Counted from the stretch's first letter, positions 44,616 through 54,152 are shown. The stretch: 64,000 bases of DNA from Rhodothermales bacterium (GCA_963841855.1 CAWJEJ010000004.1:588455-652454), one strand, 5' to 3'. Numbers and translations are program-made. The notes: generated by a model from the sequence alone, not told the origin.

Positions 44616-46136
44616 CTACTGGACGCGGCGCAACTTGACCTGGCGGCGCAGTTCGACGGATTCGCCGCCGGGGAGCGTCACGGTCTCGACGCGCTCCTGG
44701 GACAGCGACGGAAGAGCGAAGGCTTCCTCGTCCGACGGATTGGCGGCGTTCGAGCGAGCGTCCCACTCTCTTTCGTTCGTCAGATATGGATCGTCGGCCG
44801 CGCGGCCGCGCCCGTCGTTCGAGCGCCGATCGTTGGAGCCGTATCCGTACGAGTGATCGTATTCGAAGTAGCGATCGTCGTTACCGTTCGAGCCATAGTA
44901 GAATCCCTCGTCGTAGCCATAGTCGTCGTAGCGATCACGCTCGTAGGGAAACGCGCTGACCGAGTAGTCGCCGTAGTCGAGGAGCCACGACGGATCGTCG
45001 GGCAGCAGCGAGATGGGAATCAGGCGGCTGTAGCGTCCGCGGCCGAGCAGGCGGCTGCCGCGCGCTTCTCGGACGCTTCCCCGGCGCAGATCGACGCGGC
45101 CTACGCGCACGTCGTCGCGGCCGTAGTAGGCATCGTGCCAGGCGCCGCGCCCGCGCGTGACGATCAGTTCGAAGCCGGTCCGCCGCGTGCCGACGAGCAT
45201 CACGTCGCGGTCGACGCGCACGTCGCCTCTACGCGAAACCGTCGCGCGCATCCGGCTCAGCGAGTGGGGAATGCGGTCGATGCGGCCCAGGTAACGACCG
45301 TTCTCGTAGATCTGGAACGACTCGACGTCGAGTTCGACTTCGGACCTATTGCCCCCCGCGCTAACGACGCGCTGGCGATACTCGGCGACCAGTTCGAGCC
45401 GCGTTTCGCGCCCTCGCCCGTCGGGCACGAACGCCGTCTGCTCGTAGACGTAGCGCGGACTCCACCCGCTCGAATAGCGACGCTCCCACGGCCACGCCAA
45501 GTCGAGGAAAAAGACGGGTTGCGGGCGGTAGTAGTGCGCGTTGGGATAGACGGGCGCGTGCAGCACAGGCCCGCTCGAAACGTGGCCTCGCACGGGCGGC
45601 ACGTAAACGACGCGCCCCGGACGGTCTCGGTTGACGCTCCCCGTCGAGCCGCGGCCTCCCTGGTATCGAGGCGTCTGTTCGTTGCGGCGCACCCAGTCGC
45701 TCTGCGAAACCGGGCCGTCGATCGGTCGGCCTACCGACGTGCCCGTGCGTCCGCTTCCAGTAGTCTGCCGGGCCGGCGAGCGCGCGGTCGTATCGGGATC
45801 GCCCGAGCGGCCCCGCGTAGTCCGACCCTTCGACTCGCGCGTGGAGCGCTGCGGCGCGCTGCGTTCGGTGCGCTGCGTGGGGGTACGCTCGGTTCTGGTC
45901 GGCGCGTTTCGCGTCGGTGTCGTGCGTTCGGTGCGCTTCGGCGGCGTGCGCTCGGCGCGAGGCGCAGGAGCAGGCTCGGCTTCCTTTTCCGGTTCGGCAG
46001 GCTTGGATTCGGTGGGAGCCGGAGCCGGGCGCCCAGTCGTACGTCCGCGCTGAGCGTCAGCGGTGGCGGCGAAGGCGAGTAGCAAGGCCAGCACGAGGGC
46101 TAGGCGCAGAGTGAGCCAGTAGTAGCGTGACGGCAT
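44616..46136 (-). CDS. secreted low-complexity protein (RTERT-type repeats, Tyr/Asp/Gly-rich C-terminal half)
   Basis: ATG at 46136 gives signal peptide MPSRYYWLTLRLALVLALLLAFAATADAQ. Then PKRTERTTPTRNAPTRTERTPTQRTERSAPQRSTRE, a globular middle, and YDDYGYDEGFYYGSNGNDDRYFEYDHSYGYGSND. Track start at 46397 rejected. Confidence 0.6.
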   Translation of the reverse strand: MPSRYYWLTLRLALVLALLLAFAATADAQRGRTTGRPAPAPTESKPAEPEKEAEPAPAPRAERTPPKRTERTTPTRNAPTRTERTPTQRTERSAPQRSTRESKGRTTRGRSGDPDTTARSPARQTTGSGRTGTSVGRPIDGPVSQSDWVRRNEQTPRYQGGRGSTGSVNRDRPGRVVYVPPVRGHVSSGPVLHAPVYPNAHYYRPQPVFFLDLAWPWERRYSSGWSPRYVYEQTAFVPDGRGRETRLELVAEYRQRVVSAGGNRSEVELDVESFQIYENGRYLGRIDRIPHSLSRMRATVSRRGDVRVDRDVMLVGTRRTGFELIVTRGRGAWHDAYYGRDDVRVGRVDLRRGSVREARGSRLLGRGRYSRLIPISLLPDDPSWLLDYGDYSVSAFPYERDRYDDYGYDEGFYYGSNGNDDRYFEYDHSYGYGSNDRRSNDGRGRAADDPYLTNEREWDARSNAANPSDEEAFALPSLSQERVETVTLPGGESVELRRQVKLRRVQ

Positions 46137-46486
46137 GACGGCGCGGAGTTTGGTTGGCGGAAACGATGGCTCGTTCTCCCTGCCACTTCCATTCCGACAC
46201 GCTTTGCAGCCACCTGTGCCCGTTCGCACTGCGTAAGCGTCCACGCCTCGGGACACGTTGTGCGTCAACGGACAGACACGCTCCATCTGAAACGCGCTGT
46301 GCCACCAGCTCGCACGGGCAGCGCCGCATGCCGCACTCGGGCCAAAACCGACGGTCCCGCCGCAAGCAGAAACTCGGCCGAAAAGCGGATCTCGCAAACG
46401 CGCCTGCGTGGAATCGTGCAGTCTACGTGCAGAGGTCGAAAGAGGCGAACGCGTAACTTACCGCTCTCATTCTCGTCTCCCGATCC

Positions 46487-48301
46487 ATGCGCTTCTTCTC
46501 CACTCTCGTCGCCGCGACGCTCGGCACGCTGATCGCCTTGGGCGTGATCTTCTTCGTCCTTTTCCTGTTCGTGATCGCGATCGCCTCGACGGCAGGCAGC
46601 GGCGGCGATGCGGTCCCACGAGTCGCCGCCGGATCGATAGTCGAGTTGGAACTGGGCGGCGGTCTGCCCGAAGTGACGGCCGAGCCCGACGCGTTCGCTG
46701 CCGCGCTGGGCGAGGGCAAAGACCTCGATCTGCTGACGGTCCGCCGCGTCCTCAAGATGGCGGCTGCCGACGAACGCGTCGACGTGCTGTGGCTGCGCAT
46801 CAACCCGATGTCGGCGCCGTGGGCAACGCTCGAAGAAGTGCGCGAGGCTCTCGTGGCCTACAAGGCGACGGGCAAGACGCTCTACGCTACAAGCGAAGGC
46901 CCCTACCTCGACGAGTCCGGCTATTTCCTCGCCTCGGTCGCCGACAGCGTCTTCGCGGCTCCGCTGACGTTCTTCGAGTTCAACGGATTTCAGATCACGC
47001 CCACATTCTACAAGGGCATGCTCGACCGGCTGGATGTCGAAGTCGACGTCGTCCGCGCGGGCACGTTCAAGGCGGCCGTCGAGCCGTTCACGCGGACCGA
47101 CCTGTCCGAGCCGAACCGCGAGCAGCTGTCGGCGCTTCTCGGCGCGCAGTATGAGATCTTCTCGCAGGCCATCGCCGATGGGCGCGGCATGACCGTCGGC
47201 CAGGTCAAGGCGCTGATGGAGGAGCAAGGCATCATCACCTCGGAAGCGGCTCTCGAAGCCGGGCTGCTCGACGGACTGGTCTTCCACGACCAGATCGAAG
47301 CCTTGCTGCGCACGCGCCTGGGACTGGAAGACGACGCCGATTACGACGTGCTCAGCGCGCTCGACTATGCGGCAACCGACTCCGAAGACGCTGGCCTCAC
47401 GACAGGCGACAGCGACGAGGGCGAAATCGCGGTCGTCTACGCCGTTGGCACGATCATCGACGGCAAGGGCGAACTGGGATCGGGCACGATCGGCGACGAA
47501 ACGTTTCGCGAAGCCATGACGCGCGCACGCGAGAGCGACCGAGTCAAAGCCGTCGTTCTGCGCATCAACTCACCCGGCGGATCGGCGTCGGCGAGCGAGA
47601 AGATGCGGCGACAGGTGATCCTGACGCGTGCCGAGAAGCCCGTCATCGTCTCGATGGGCGATTATGCGGCGTCGGGCGGCTACTGGATTGCAAGCGGCGC
47701 CGACACATTGGTCGCCGATCCGCTGACCATTACGGGTTCGATCGGCGTGTTTAGTCTGCAATTCGTCGTCGGCGACGCGCTCACTGAGAACCTGGGCCTG
47801 ACGTTCGGCCAGGTTCAGACCGGCCCGTTCGCTGACATGATCTCGCTGCTCGAACCGCTGGGCGACGCCGAGCGCGCACGCTTCCAGGCCAGCATCGACA
47901 ACACGTACCAGGCGTTCTTACAGCGCGTCACCGAGACCACCAACCTGACCACGTCGCAAGTCGACTCGGTCGCTCAGGGCCGCGTCTGGACCGGCACTCA
48001 AGCACTCGAACTCGGGCTGATCGACCGCCTGGGAACGCTCGGCGATGCGCTCGACATCGCCGCGCGCCAAGCCGAATTTGCGCCCAGCGACTTGTACCGC
48101 GTCCGCCTGCTGCCCCGCCCTCAGACGCTCGCCGACCGCTTGGCCGAGCAGTTCGGCGGCGTGTTCTCGGGCAAGACCTCCAAAGCAGCCGCAGCCTTCC
48201 TCCCCGCTCCGGCGCGCGAAGCCATGACCCGGCTCGAATACCTGTTCGAGACCAACGGCCAAGTCAAGGCGCTCATGCCGATGGAGTTCACGATCCGATG
48301 A
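46487..48301 (+). CDS. sppA: signal peptide peptidase SppA, 67K type
   Basis: 604 aa with an N-terminal TM helix and two S49 domains (VLRINSPGGSASASE, GDYAASGGYWIA). Confidence 0.9.
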   Translation: MRFFSTLVAATLGTLIALGVIFFVLFLFVIAIASTAGSGGDAVPRVAAGSIVELELGGGLPEVTAEPDAFAAALGEGKDLDLLTVRRVLKMAAADERVDVLWLRINPMSAPWATLEEVREALVAYKATGKTLYATSEGPYLDESGYFLASVADSVFAAPLTFFEFNGFQITPTFYKGMLDRLDVEVDVVRAGTFKAAVEPFTRTDLSEPNREQLSALLGAQYEIFSQAIADGRGMTVGQVKALMEEQGIITSEAALEAGLLDGLVFHDQIEALLRTRLGLEDDADYDVLSALDYAATDSEDAGLTTGDSDEGEIAVVYAVGTIIDGKGELGSGTIGDETFREAMTRARESDRVKAVVLRINSPGGSASASEKMRRQVILTRAEKPVIVSMGDYAASGGYWIASGADTLVADPLTITGSIGVFSLQFVVGDALTENLGLTFGQVQTGPFADMISLLEPLGDAERARFQASIDNTYQAFLQRVTETTNLTTSQVDSVAQGRVWTGTQALELGLIDRLGTLGDALDIAARQAEFAPSDLYRVRLLPRPQTLADRLAEQFGGVFSGKTSKAAAAFLPAPAREAMTRLEYLFETNGQVKALMPMEFTIR

Positions 48302-48600
48302 AAAGCGTACTGCTCCTCGTCCTCTTTATGCTCGCTGGCTGCTCTTCCACTAGAGAGAGCGTGCTTACTACCGAGAGAGAGCCTGCTATCGCAACCATCA
48401 TCGTCAATCCAGACGGAAGTATTGGTCACATGGGGACGATAGATCCTGATTGGGTCCAGCCGCCGCGTTTGTCGCAAGGCCCGCTGGCTGGTGAATACCT
48501 GATCGCTGGTCCCCAAGAGGAAGGTGGTGCTACACGCGACAGCACACATCTGTGTACCTCATACTTGAAGGAGAAGCGGCGGCGCACCTCTACCGACTGA
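48298..48600 (+). CDS. small lipoprotein, hypothetical
   Basis: ATGA overlap with the sppA stop. Lipobox LLVLFMLAGC. Region is visibly less GC-rich than its flanks. Confidence 0.45.
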   Translation: MKSVLLLVLFMLAGCSSTRESVLTTEREPAIATIIVNPDGSIGHMGTIDPDWVQPPRLSQGPLAGEYLIAGPQEEGGATRDSTHLCTSYLKEKRRRTSTD

Positions 48601-48761
48601 TGCCAGAAGAAGCAGAACCAGATATATGCGAGACTCGCTATGCGTGGTTCAAAATGGGGCGCACCGTTCACTGCCGCGCAACCGAAGACTTCTCCGAGTA
48701 CCGGTGCGTCGTGAACGTCAACATTGCTGACGAAACACTGGACGAGAGTTCGATCTGCTGA
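48552..48761 (+). CDS. small Cys-containing hypothetical ORF (may be a frameshifted continuation of the previous ORF)
   Basis: 69 aa with a GTG start. Overlaps the 3' end of 48298..48600 in another frame. Confidence 0.3.
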   Translation: MYLILEGEAAAHLYRLMPEEAEPDICETRYAWFKMGRTVHCRATEDFSEYRCVVNVNIADETLDESSIC

Positions 48762-48770
48762 CAATTACCC

Positions 48771-49091
48771 ATGCGCAAAATCTACAGCCATCCTGACCTG
48801 GGCATCGTCCATCTGCTCAAGAACGCACTCGAAAATCAGGGCATTCTGGCGACGATCCGAGGCGAACACGGCGTGGCGATGATCGGCGCGGCGACAGGCA
48901 TCGACGCGTGGAACGAGTTGTGGATCGCCGACGACAGCCGCGTCACCGAGGCCATTCGCATCGTGCAGACGCAGACCGATGACGGCGAGGCTGTGCGCGG
49001 GGAGTCGTGGACGTGTCCGAGTTGTGGCGAAGTGTTGGAAGCTCAATTTGCGGCGTGCTGGAACTGCGGCGAGCCCAAACCGCGTCGGTAA
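48771..49091 (+). CDS. DUF2007-like small signal-transduction-fold protein with C-terminal zinc ribbon
   Basis: MRKIYSHPDLGIVHLLKNALENQGI... then WTCPSCGEVLEAQFAACWNCG (CxxC...CxxC). Confidence 0.6.
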   Translation: MRKIYSHPDLGIVHLLKNALENQGILATIRGEHGVAMIGAATGIDAWNELWIADDSRVTEAIRIVQTQTDDGEAVRGESWTCPSCGEVLEAQFAACWNCGEPKPRR

Positions 49092-49192
49092 ACAGACAGG
49101 CTTGGCCCCTCCTCCTGACTCTTCCTCTGGTCATCGCAAGCGGAGCGTGGCGATCTCCACGCTTCGCCGAGACGGAAGAGTCGTCCTTCCTG

Positions 49193-50707
49193 CTATACCA
49201 GCACGTCGCCGGTCATCTTCGCGGGGATGGGTAGGCCGAGCAGGTGCAGGATCGTCGGGGCGACATCGCCGAGTTTGCCTGCGCGCGGTGCTTGGGCGAC
49301 GCCGTCGGCGACGACCAAGTGCGGGACGAGGGCGGTCGTGTGAGCGGTGTGCGGCGAGCCGTCGGGGTTGCGCATCTTGTCGGCGTTGCCATGGTCGGCG
49401 AGGATCGTGACACCGTAGCCCTTCTCCAGCGCGGCTTCGACGACGACGCGCGCCGCCTGATCGCACGCTTCGATGGCGGCGACGGCGGCTTCGAAGACGC
49501 CGGTGTGACCCACCATGTCCGGGTTGGCGAAGTTGACGACGGCCAGCGCGTAGTCGTTCGCGCGGATGGCAGCAGCGACCTGATCGGCGAGCGGGCCGAC
49601 GCTCATCTCGGGCTGCAAGTCGTACGTGGCGACCTTGGGCGATGGCACCATGATGCGGTCTTCGCCAGCGAACGGCTCCTCGCGCCCGCCCGAAAAGAAG
49701 TACGTCACGTGCGGGTACTTCTCGGTCTCGGCAGCGCGCAGTTGCGCTAACCCGGCTTGGGCGACGACTTCGCCGAGCGTGTCGACCAGGTTGTCTTTGG
49801 GAAACGCGACGGGAAGGCCAAACTCGGCGTCGTACGTGGCGAACGTGGCGACGTAGAGGTTCTGGAGCAGTTCGCCCCGCTCGAAGCCGTCGAATTCAGG
49901 CGAGATCAGCGCGCGCGTCAGCTCCCTGGCGCGGTCGGTGCGGAAGTTGTACCAGATCACGGCGTCGCCGCTCTGGATCGTACCGTCGACCTGGGCGACT
50001 CTACGCGGCGTGATGAACTCGTCGGTCAGGCCGTCGCGGTAGGCTGCGTCGACGGCGTTCTGCGCGGACGGAAACGCGTCGCCTTCGCCATAGACCAGTA
50101 GGCGGTACGCACGCTCGACGCGTTCCCAGCGCTCGTCGCGGTCCATCGCGTAGTAGCGGCCCACGATGCCGGCGATCTGCCCAGCCTCGATCGCCTGCAT
50201 CTGCGCCTGCGCCTCGCGGACGTAGCGGCTTCCGGCCCCGTCGGGTGCGGTGTCGCGCCCGTCGGTGAAGGCGTGCACCATCGTTCGGCCGCCCAGTCCG
50301 TTGCGCTCGGCCATGCGGAGGAGCGCGTAGAGGTGGTCCAGGTGGCTGTGCACGCCGCCGTCTGAGAACAGCCCCAACAGGTGCAGCTTTCCGCCCGTCT
50401 GCTTGACGTGCCCGGCCGCTTCGACCAAGGCCGAGTTGGTGTAGAACGATTCGTCTTCGATCGACACGTCGATGCGCACGATGTCCTGATGCACGACGCG
50501 CCCGGCGCCCAAGTTGGTGTGCCCAACTTCCGAATTGCCCATCTGCCCGACCGGTAGCCCGACCGCGCGCTCGCTGGCCTCTAGCGTGCCGTGCGGGTGA
50601 TCGGCGAAGAGTGAGTCGAGGTACGGCGTATCGGCCGCGTCGACGGCGCTGACGGCGGAGTCAACGGCGATTCCGTAACCGTCGAGGATGAGCAGGAGAT
50701 GGGGCAT
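49193..50707 (-). CDS. gpmI: 2,3-bisphosphoglycerate-independent phosphoglycerate mutase
   Basis: MPHLLLILDGYG, GQMGNSEVGHTNLGAGR, SDGGVHSH and ADHGNA motifs. ATG at 50707 preferred over the track start at 50890. Confidence 0.95.
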   Translation of the reverse strand: MPHLLLILDGYGIAVDSAVSAVDAADTPYLDSLFADHPHGTLEASERAVGLPVGQMGNSEVGHTNLGAGRVVHQDIVRIDVSIEDESFYTNSALVEAAGHVKQTGGKLHLLGLFSDGGVHSHLDHLYALLRMAERNGLGGRTMVHAFTDGRDTAPDGAGSRYVREAQAQMQAIEAGQIAGIVGRYYAMDRDERWERVERAYRLLVYGEGDAFPSAQNAVDAAYRDGLTDEFITPRRVAQVDGTIQSGDAVIWYNFRTDRARELTRALISPEFDGFERGELLQNLYVATFATYDAEFGLPVAFPKDNLVDTLGEVVAQAGLAQLRAAETEKYPHVTYFFSGGREEPFAGEDRIMVPSPKVATYDLQPEMSVGPLADQVAAAIRANDYALAVVNFANPDMVGHTGVFEAAVAAIEACDQAARVVVEAALEKGYGVTILADHGNADKMRNPDGSPHTAHTTALVPHLVVADGVAQAPRAGKLGDVAPTILHLLGLPIPAKMTGDVLV

Positions 50708-51029
50708 GGATCGTCGTTTGGGGGAAATAGAGGGACGGACCGCACGCGCCGATTGTTCGCGGAGAGACGGGCGAATCGCTGGAAGCGCATCCGGGGGAGC
50801 GAAACACAACTCTCCAACCAGCGCTGTCATTGCGAGGCCGAAGGCCGTGGCACTCTCCAAGAGGCGACGGCACGGTTCGGCGACTGCCACGTCGCTTTGC
50901 TCCTCGCAGTGACAGAGGGAGGAGTGGGAGGCAGCCTCGGCCTGCTCAAAGTTGTCAATTCTCGAACCTCAGTAGCTTGGCCTGGAGGCGGGAGCGTTAG
51001 TAGAGTTGACAACTTTCCATCTCCGCGCG

Positions 51030-51869
51030 TCACACTCGGAAGTCGCGGACTTTCTTGGTCGTACGGCCGGTTTTGGTGTCGTAAACCGTCATCGAGCCGG
51101 TTCGGGGATGGGTGATCTGCTCCACTCCATAGCGGTCGGTGACGAGGGTGGGCTCGTCGAAGTAGCCGCCGGTTGGCGCGAAGTAGCGGCCTCGCTTGCG
51201 GTCGAGGTCGACCATCGGCGCGGGCAGCGATTGCAAGCGGGCGAAGTAATCGCAGACCGATGTGACCGGGCAGACTTCGCACTTGGGCGAGCGCGCCAGG
51301 CACGTGTAGCGGCCGTGCAAGATGAGCAGGTGGTGCGCCTCGCTCCACTCGTCGCGCGGGATCACGCGGCCCAGCGAGCGCTCGACTTTGAACGGCGTAT
51401 CGGCCGAGGGTGGCACCAGCCCGATGCGGTTCGAGACGCGAAATACGTGCGTATCGACGGCGACGGCGTCGGCTCCAAACGCGACCGACGTGACGACGAG
51501 CGCCGTCTTCCGCCCGACGCCCGGCAGTTTGATCAGTTCGGGGATGGTCTGGGGCACTTGGCCCCCAAAGTCATCGACGAGCATCGACCCCAATCCGGCC
51601 AGGTGTTTGGCTTTGTTGTTGGGATACGAGACCGAGCGGATGAACGGAAACACGTCGTCCGGTGTTGCGGCGGCCAGGGCTTGGGGGTCGGGAAACGCTT
51701 CGAAAAGAGCGGGCGTGACCTTGTTGACGCGGGCGTCGGTGCACTGCGCCGACAACACGACGGCGACTAGCAGTTCGAACGGGCCCGAGTAGGCGAGTTC
51801 GGTCTCAGGTTCGGGCGTGCGCTCGCGCAGAGCATCGAGGGTGAAGCGGGCGCGCTGGGTTCGGGACAT
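51030..51869 (-). CDS. nth: endonuclease III with ~65 aa C-terminal extension
   Basis: LVAVVLSAQCTDARVN, LPGVGRKTALVV, VDTHVFRVSNRIG and the 4Fe-4S cluster CLARSPKCEVCPVTSVC. About 65 extra residues follow the cluster. Confidence 0.93.
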   Translation of the reverse strand: MSRTQRARFTLDALRERTPEPETELAYSGPFELLVAVVLSAQCTDARVNKVTPALFEAFPDPQALAAATPDDVFPFIRSVSYPNNKAKHLAGLGSMLVDDFGGQVPQTIPELIKLPGVGRKTALVVTSVAFGADAVAVDTHVFRVSNRIGLVPPSADTPFKVERSLGRVIPRDEWSEAHHLLILHGRYTCLARSPKCEVCPVTSVCDYFARLQSLPAPMVDLDRKRGRYFAPTGGYFDEPTLVTDRYGVEQITHPRTGSMTVYDTKTGRTTKKVRDFRV

Positions 51870-51969
51870 CGGGCGGGCGGCGGTTCAGTGCGTGGTTTTG
51901 GACACCGAGGAATGGGGCGATGTTCGATGGTCACCAATGCAGCTTCGTGATTAGACCGGGGCGTTCTAT

Positions 51970-52002
51970 CCGGAGTGGAAAGCTGTCAGGTTTTCAAAAC
52001 CT
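51970..52002 (-). terminator. intrinsic terminator hairpin downstream of the DUF2959 gene
   Basis: AAAGCTGTCAGGTTTT-C-AAAACCTGACAGCTTT is a perfect 33-nt palindrome. Confidence 0.75.
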
Positions 52003-52061
52003 GACAGCTTTGAGGCGTGCGAGTTGGGGGTGACGCGTCGCGATGCAGCGCGGAAGCTGGC

Positions 52062-52712
52062 TCACGCCTTCATGCCGTCGAGGAAGTCGTCGGCCTCGCG
52101 GATGGCGCGTTCCATCTCGCGGATCAGACTGGCGGTCTCGCCCTGAAGAACGGCGACTTCGCCTTCGAGCGATGCGATGGCGCGCGCGTTGAGGTTGTGC
52201 TTGAGAAACAGCGTCTGATCTTCCAGGCGTTCGAGAACTGGGTCCATAGTCGCCTCGGCTCTACGCATCGCAGCGAGCAGTCCGTCGAAGCGGCGCTCCG
52301 TCTCGCGCAGTTGCTCCTGACTGCGGCGGCGCAGGTCGGCACTCTCGTAATCGCCCAATTCGTCGTTCCACTCGGCGAACAGGTCAGTAGCGACGCGCTC
52401 CACGTCGTCGATGCGTTCAGTCACGTCGCTAGCCCGGGCGGCGCTGCGATCGTAGGCCGACTTCACGTCGTCGTAGGCGTTTTCCAATTCGCCACCATCG
52501 AACGCGACGACGCTGCGAAACTGTTCGAGTGCGTTTTCGAACTGCTCCTTGGCCTCTTCCTGACTCTCGCGCGCCTCCTCGACGCGATCCGAGAGCAGGT
52601 CGCGCTTGTCCTTGCCCAGTTTCTCCCACGCATTGTAGTACGCCTGCTGGCACGCGGGCAGCGCGAGGGCGAAGAGGAGGACGAGGGCGATTCGGAAAGA
52701 GGCAGAGCGCAT
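52062..52712 (-). CDS. DUF2959-like coiled-coil lipoprotein
   Basis: Lipobox LLFALALPAC, then YYNAWEKLGKDKRDLLSDRVEEARESQEEAKEQF..., typical of DUF2959. ATG at 52712 chosen. Confidence 0.7.
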   Translation of the reverse strand: MRSASFRIALVLLFALALPACQQAYYNAWEKLGKDKRDLLSDRVEEARESQEEAKEQFENALEQFRSVVAFDGGELENAYDDVKSAYDRSAARASDVTERIDDVERVATDLFAEWNDELGDYESADLRRRSQEQLRETERRFDGLLAAMRRAEATMDPVLERLEDQTLFLKHNLNARAIASLEGEVAVLQGETASLIREMERAIREADDFLDGMKA

Positions 52713-52845
52713 GACGGGCGGAATGGTGAACGCCAGACACAAACGCTGCGGGTGCGGCTGTGATCGGACCGTGCGCTACCGGTTGGTAACCCTTCGCCCA
52801 CGCGACCGGCGTATCTAGGCATATTCCGATGCCAACCGCTTTCTC

Positions 52846-53655
52846 ATGCCCGCACCGCTCTCTGACTCATCCGTCGTCCTCATCACCGGCGCGTCGTCGG
52901 GCATCGGCAAGTCGATCGCGCTCCAGTTGGCCGAGCGCGGATGCCGGCTGGCGCTAGCGGCGCGCGGGCGAGATGGGTTGACCTCCGTCGCCGAAGCGTG
53001 CCAAGCGCAGGGTGCCGAGGTGCTGGTCGTTTCGACCGACGTGTCCGACGAAGAGCAGTGCCGCGCGTTCGTCGCTCAGTCTGCGGAGCGGTTTGGGAAG
53101 GTCGATGCGCTCGTCAACAACGCGGGCATCTCGATGTGGGCCAGACTCGACGAACTCGACGACCTAGAGCCGATCCGCCGCATCATGGCCGTCAACTACC
53201 TGGGCGCTGTCTACTGCACGCACGCGGCTCTCCCCCATCTCAAAGCGTCGCGCGGGCGCATCGTCAACGTGGCGAGCCTGACCGGAAAGACGGGCGTGCC
53301 GACGCGGACGGGTTATGCGGCGAGCAAACACGCGATGGCGGGCTTCTTCGACAGCTTGCGCATCGAACTGCGCGAGACGGGCGTCAGCGTGACGACAGTG
53401 TTTCCGGGCTTCGTGTCGACGGGCGTGCGGCGCCACGCCTACGGTCCGGACGGTAAGCCGCTGGGCGACAGTCCAGTCGACGAGGGCAACGCGATGTCGC
53501 CCGATACGTGCGCGCGTCTGATTCTGGCAGCGGCCGACAAGCGCAAACGCGAGATCGTGATGACGCCGCGCGGCAAAGTCGGCATGTGGATGAAGCTGAT
53601 CGCGCCGGGCCTGGTGGACCGTATCGCGGCGCGCGCTATCGAGCGAGGTCGGTGA
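52846..53655 (+). CDS. short-chain dehydrogenase/reductase (SDR)
   Basis: ITGASSGIGKS cofactor motif, NNAG, and YAASKHA catalytic YxxxK. Confidence 0.9.
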   Translation: MPAPLSDSSVVLITGASSGIGKSIALQLAERGCRLALAARGRDGLTSVAEACQAQGAEVLVVSTDVSDEEQCRAFVAQSAERFGKVDALVNNAGISMWARLDELDDLEPIRRIMAVNYLGAVYCTHAALPHLKASRGRIVNVASLTGKTGVPTRTGYAASKHAMAGFFDSLRIELRETGVSVTTVFPGFVSTGVRRHAYGPDGKPLGDSPVDEGNAMSPDTCARLILAAADKRKREIVMTPRGKVGMWMKLIAPGLVDRIAARAIERGR

Positions 53656-53660
53656 TCAGG

Positions 53661-54152
53661 CTAGTGACCAGGGATGCCCGTCGCCGTTTCCAGATCGGCG
53701 GCTTGCCAGATGCCTTTCTTGGTGTTGGCCGCGCGAACGGCGGCGACTTCGCTGGGCGTGACGGCGCTCGACGCGTTGCCGTAGCTGGTGCGGACGTGCG
53801 TCAGCACGGCGGCGATCTGGTCGTCGCTCAGGTGCCCATGCGGCGTCATGATATTGTTGTACTCGACTCCGGCAACGACTATGGGCCCGCGCATGCCGTT
53901 GAGCAGCAGGCGGACCAGTCGGCCTTTGTCGCCCGTCGTCCACTGGGTTTCGGCGAGAGGTGGGTAGACGCCTTCGCGGCCCAATCCGTCCGCCTGGTGG
54001 CACGTCTGACAGTTGCTCGTGTAGGTGCGAACGCCCAGCGCGGCGAAGCGCTGCTCGGGTGTAGCATCGGCGGGAAGATCGTCGCCCCCACATGCGGCGA
54101 GGCCCGTCAGGACGAGAGCGAGCAGAGAGAAGGCGAGGAAGAGGCGGAGCAT
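53661..54152 (-). CDS. c-type cytochrome lipoprotein
   Basis: Lipobox VLTGLAAC, heme motif CQTCH and a distal Met region (NNIMTPHG). Confidence 0.85.
   Translation of the reverse strand: MLRLFLAFSLLALVLTGLAACGGDDLPADATPEQRFAALGVRTYTSNCQTCHQADGLGREGVYPPLAETQWTTGDKGRLVRLLLNGMRGPIVVAGVEYNNIMTPHGHLSDDQIAAVLTHVRTSYGNASSAVTPSEVAAVRAANTKKGIWQAADLETATGIPGH

Noticed and set aside
44541-46082. 513-aa plus-strand ORF antisense to the secreted repeat protein
   Set aside because: Ala/Arg/Val-rich with no signal peptide or motif. The minus-strand frame has a clean signal peptide and structured composition. Residual uncertainty is noted in the finding.
50948-51018. tRNA-like element (GGTTCGAG motif)
   Set aside because: The 11-bp terminal stem and 47-nt interior cannot form acceptor, D, anticodon and T arms, so no cloverleaf can be drawn. 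I saw no other tRNA- or rRNA-like sequence in the window, but this was by eye only, so tRNAscan-SE and Infernal should confirm it.
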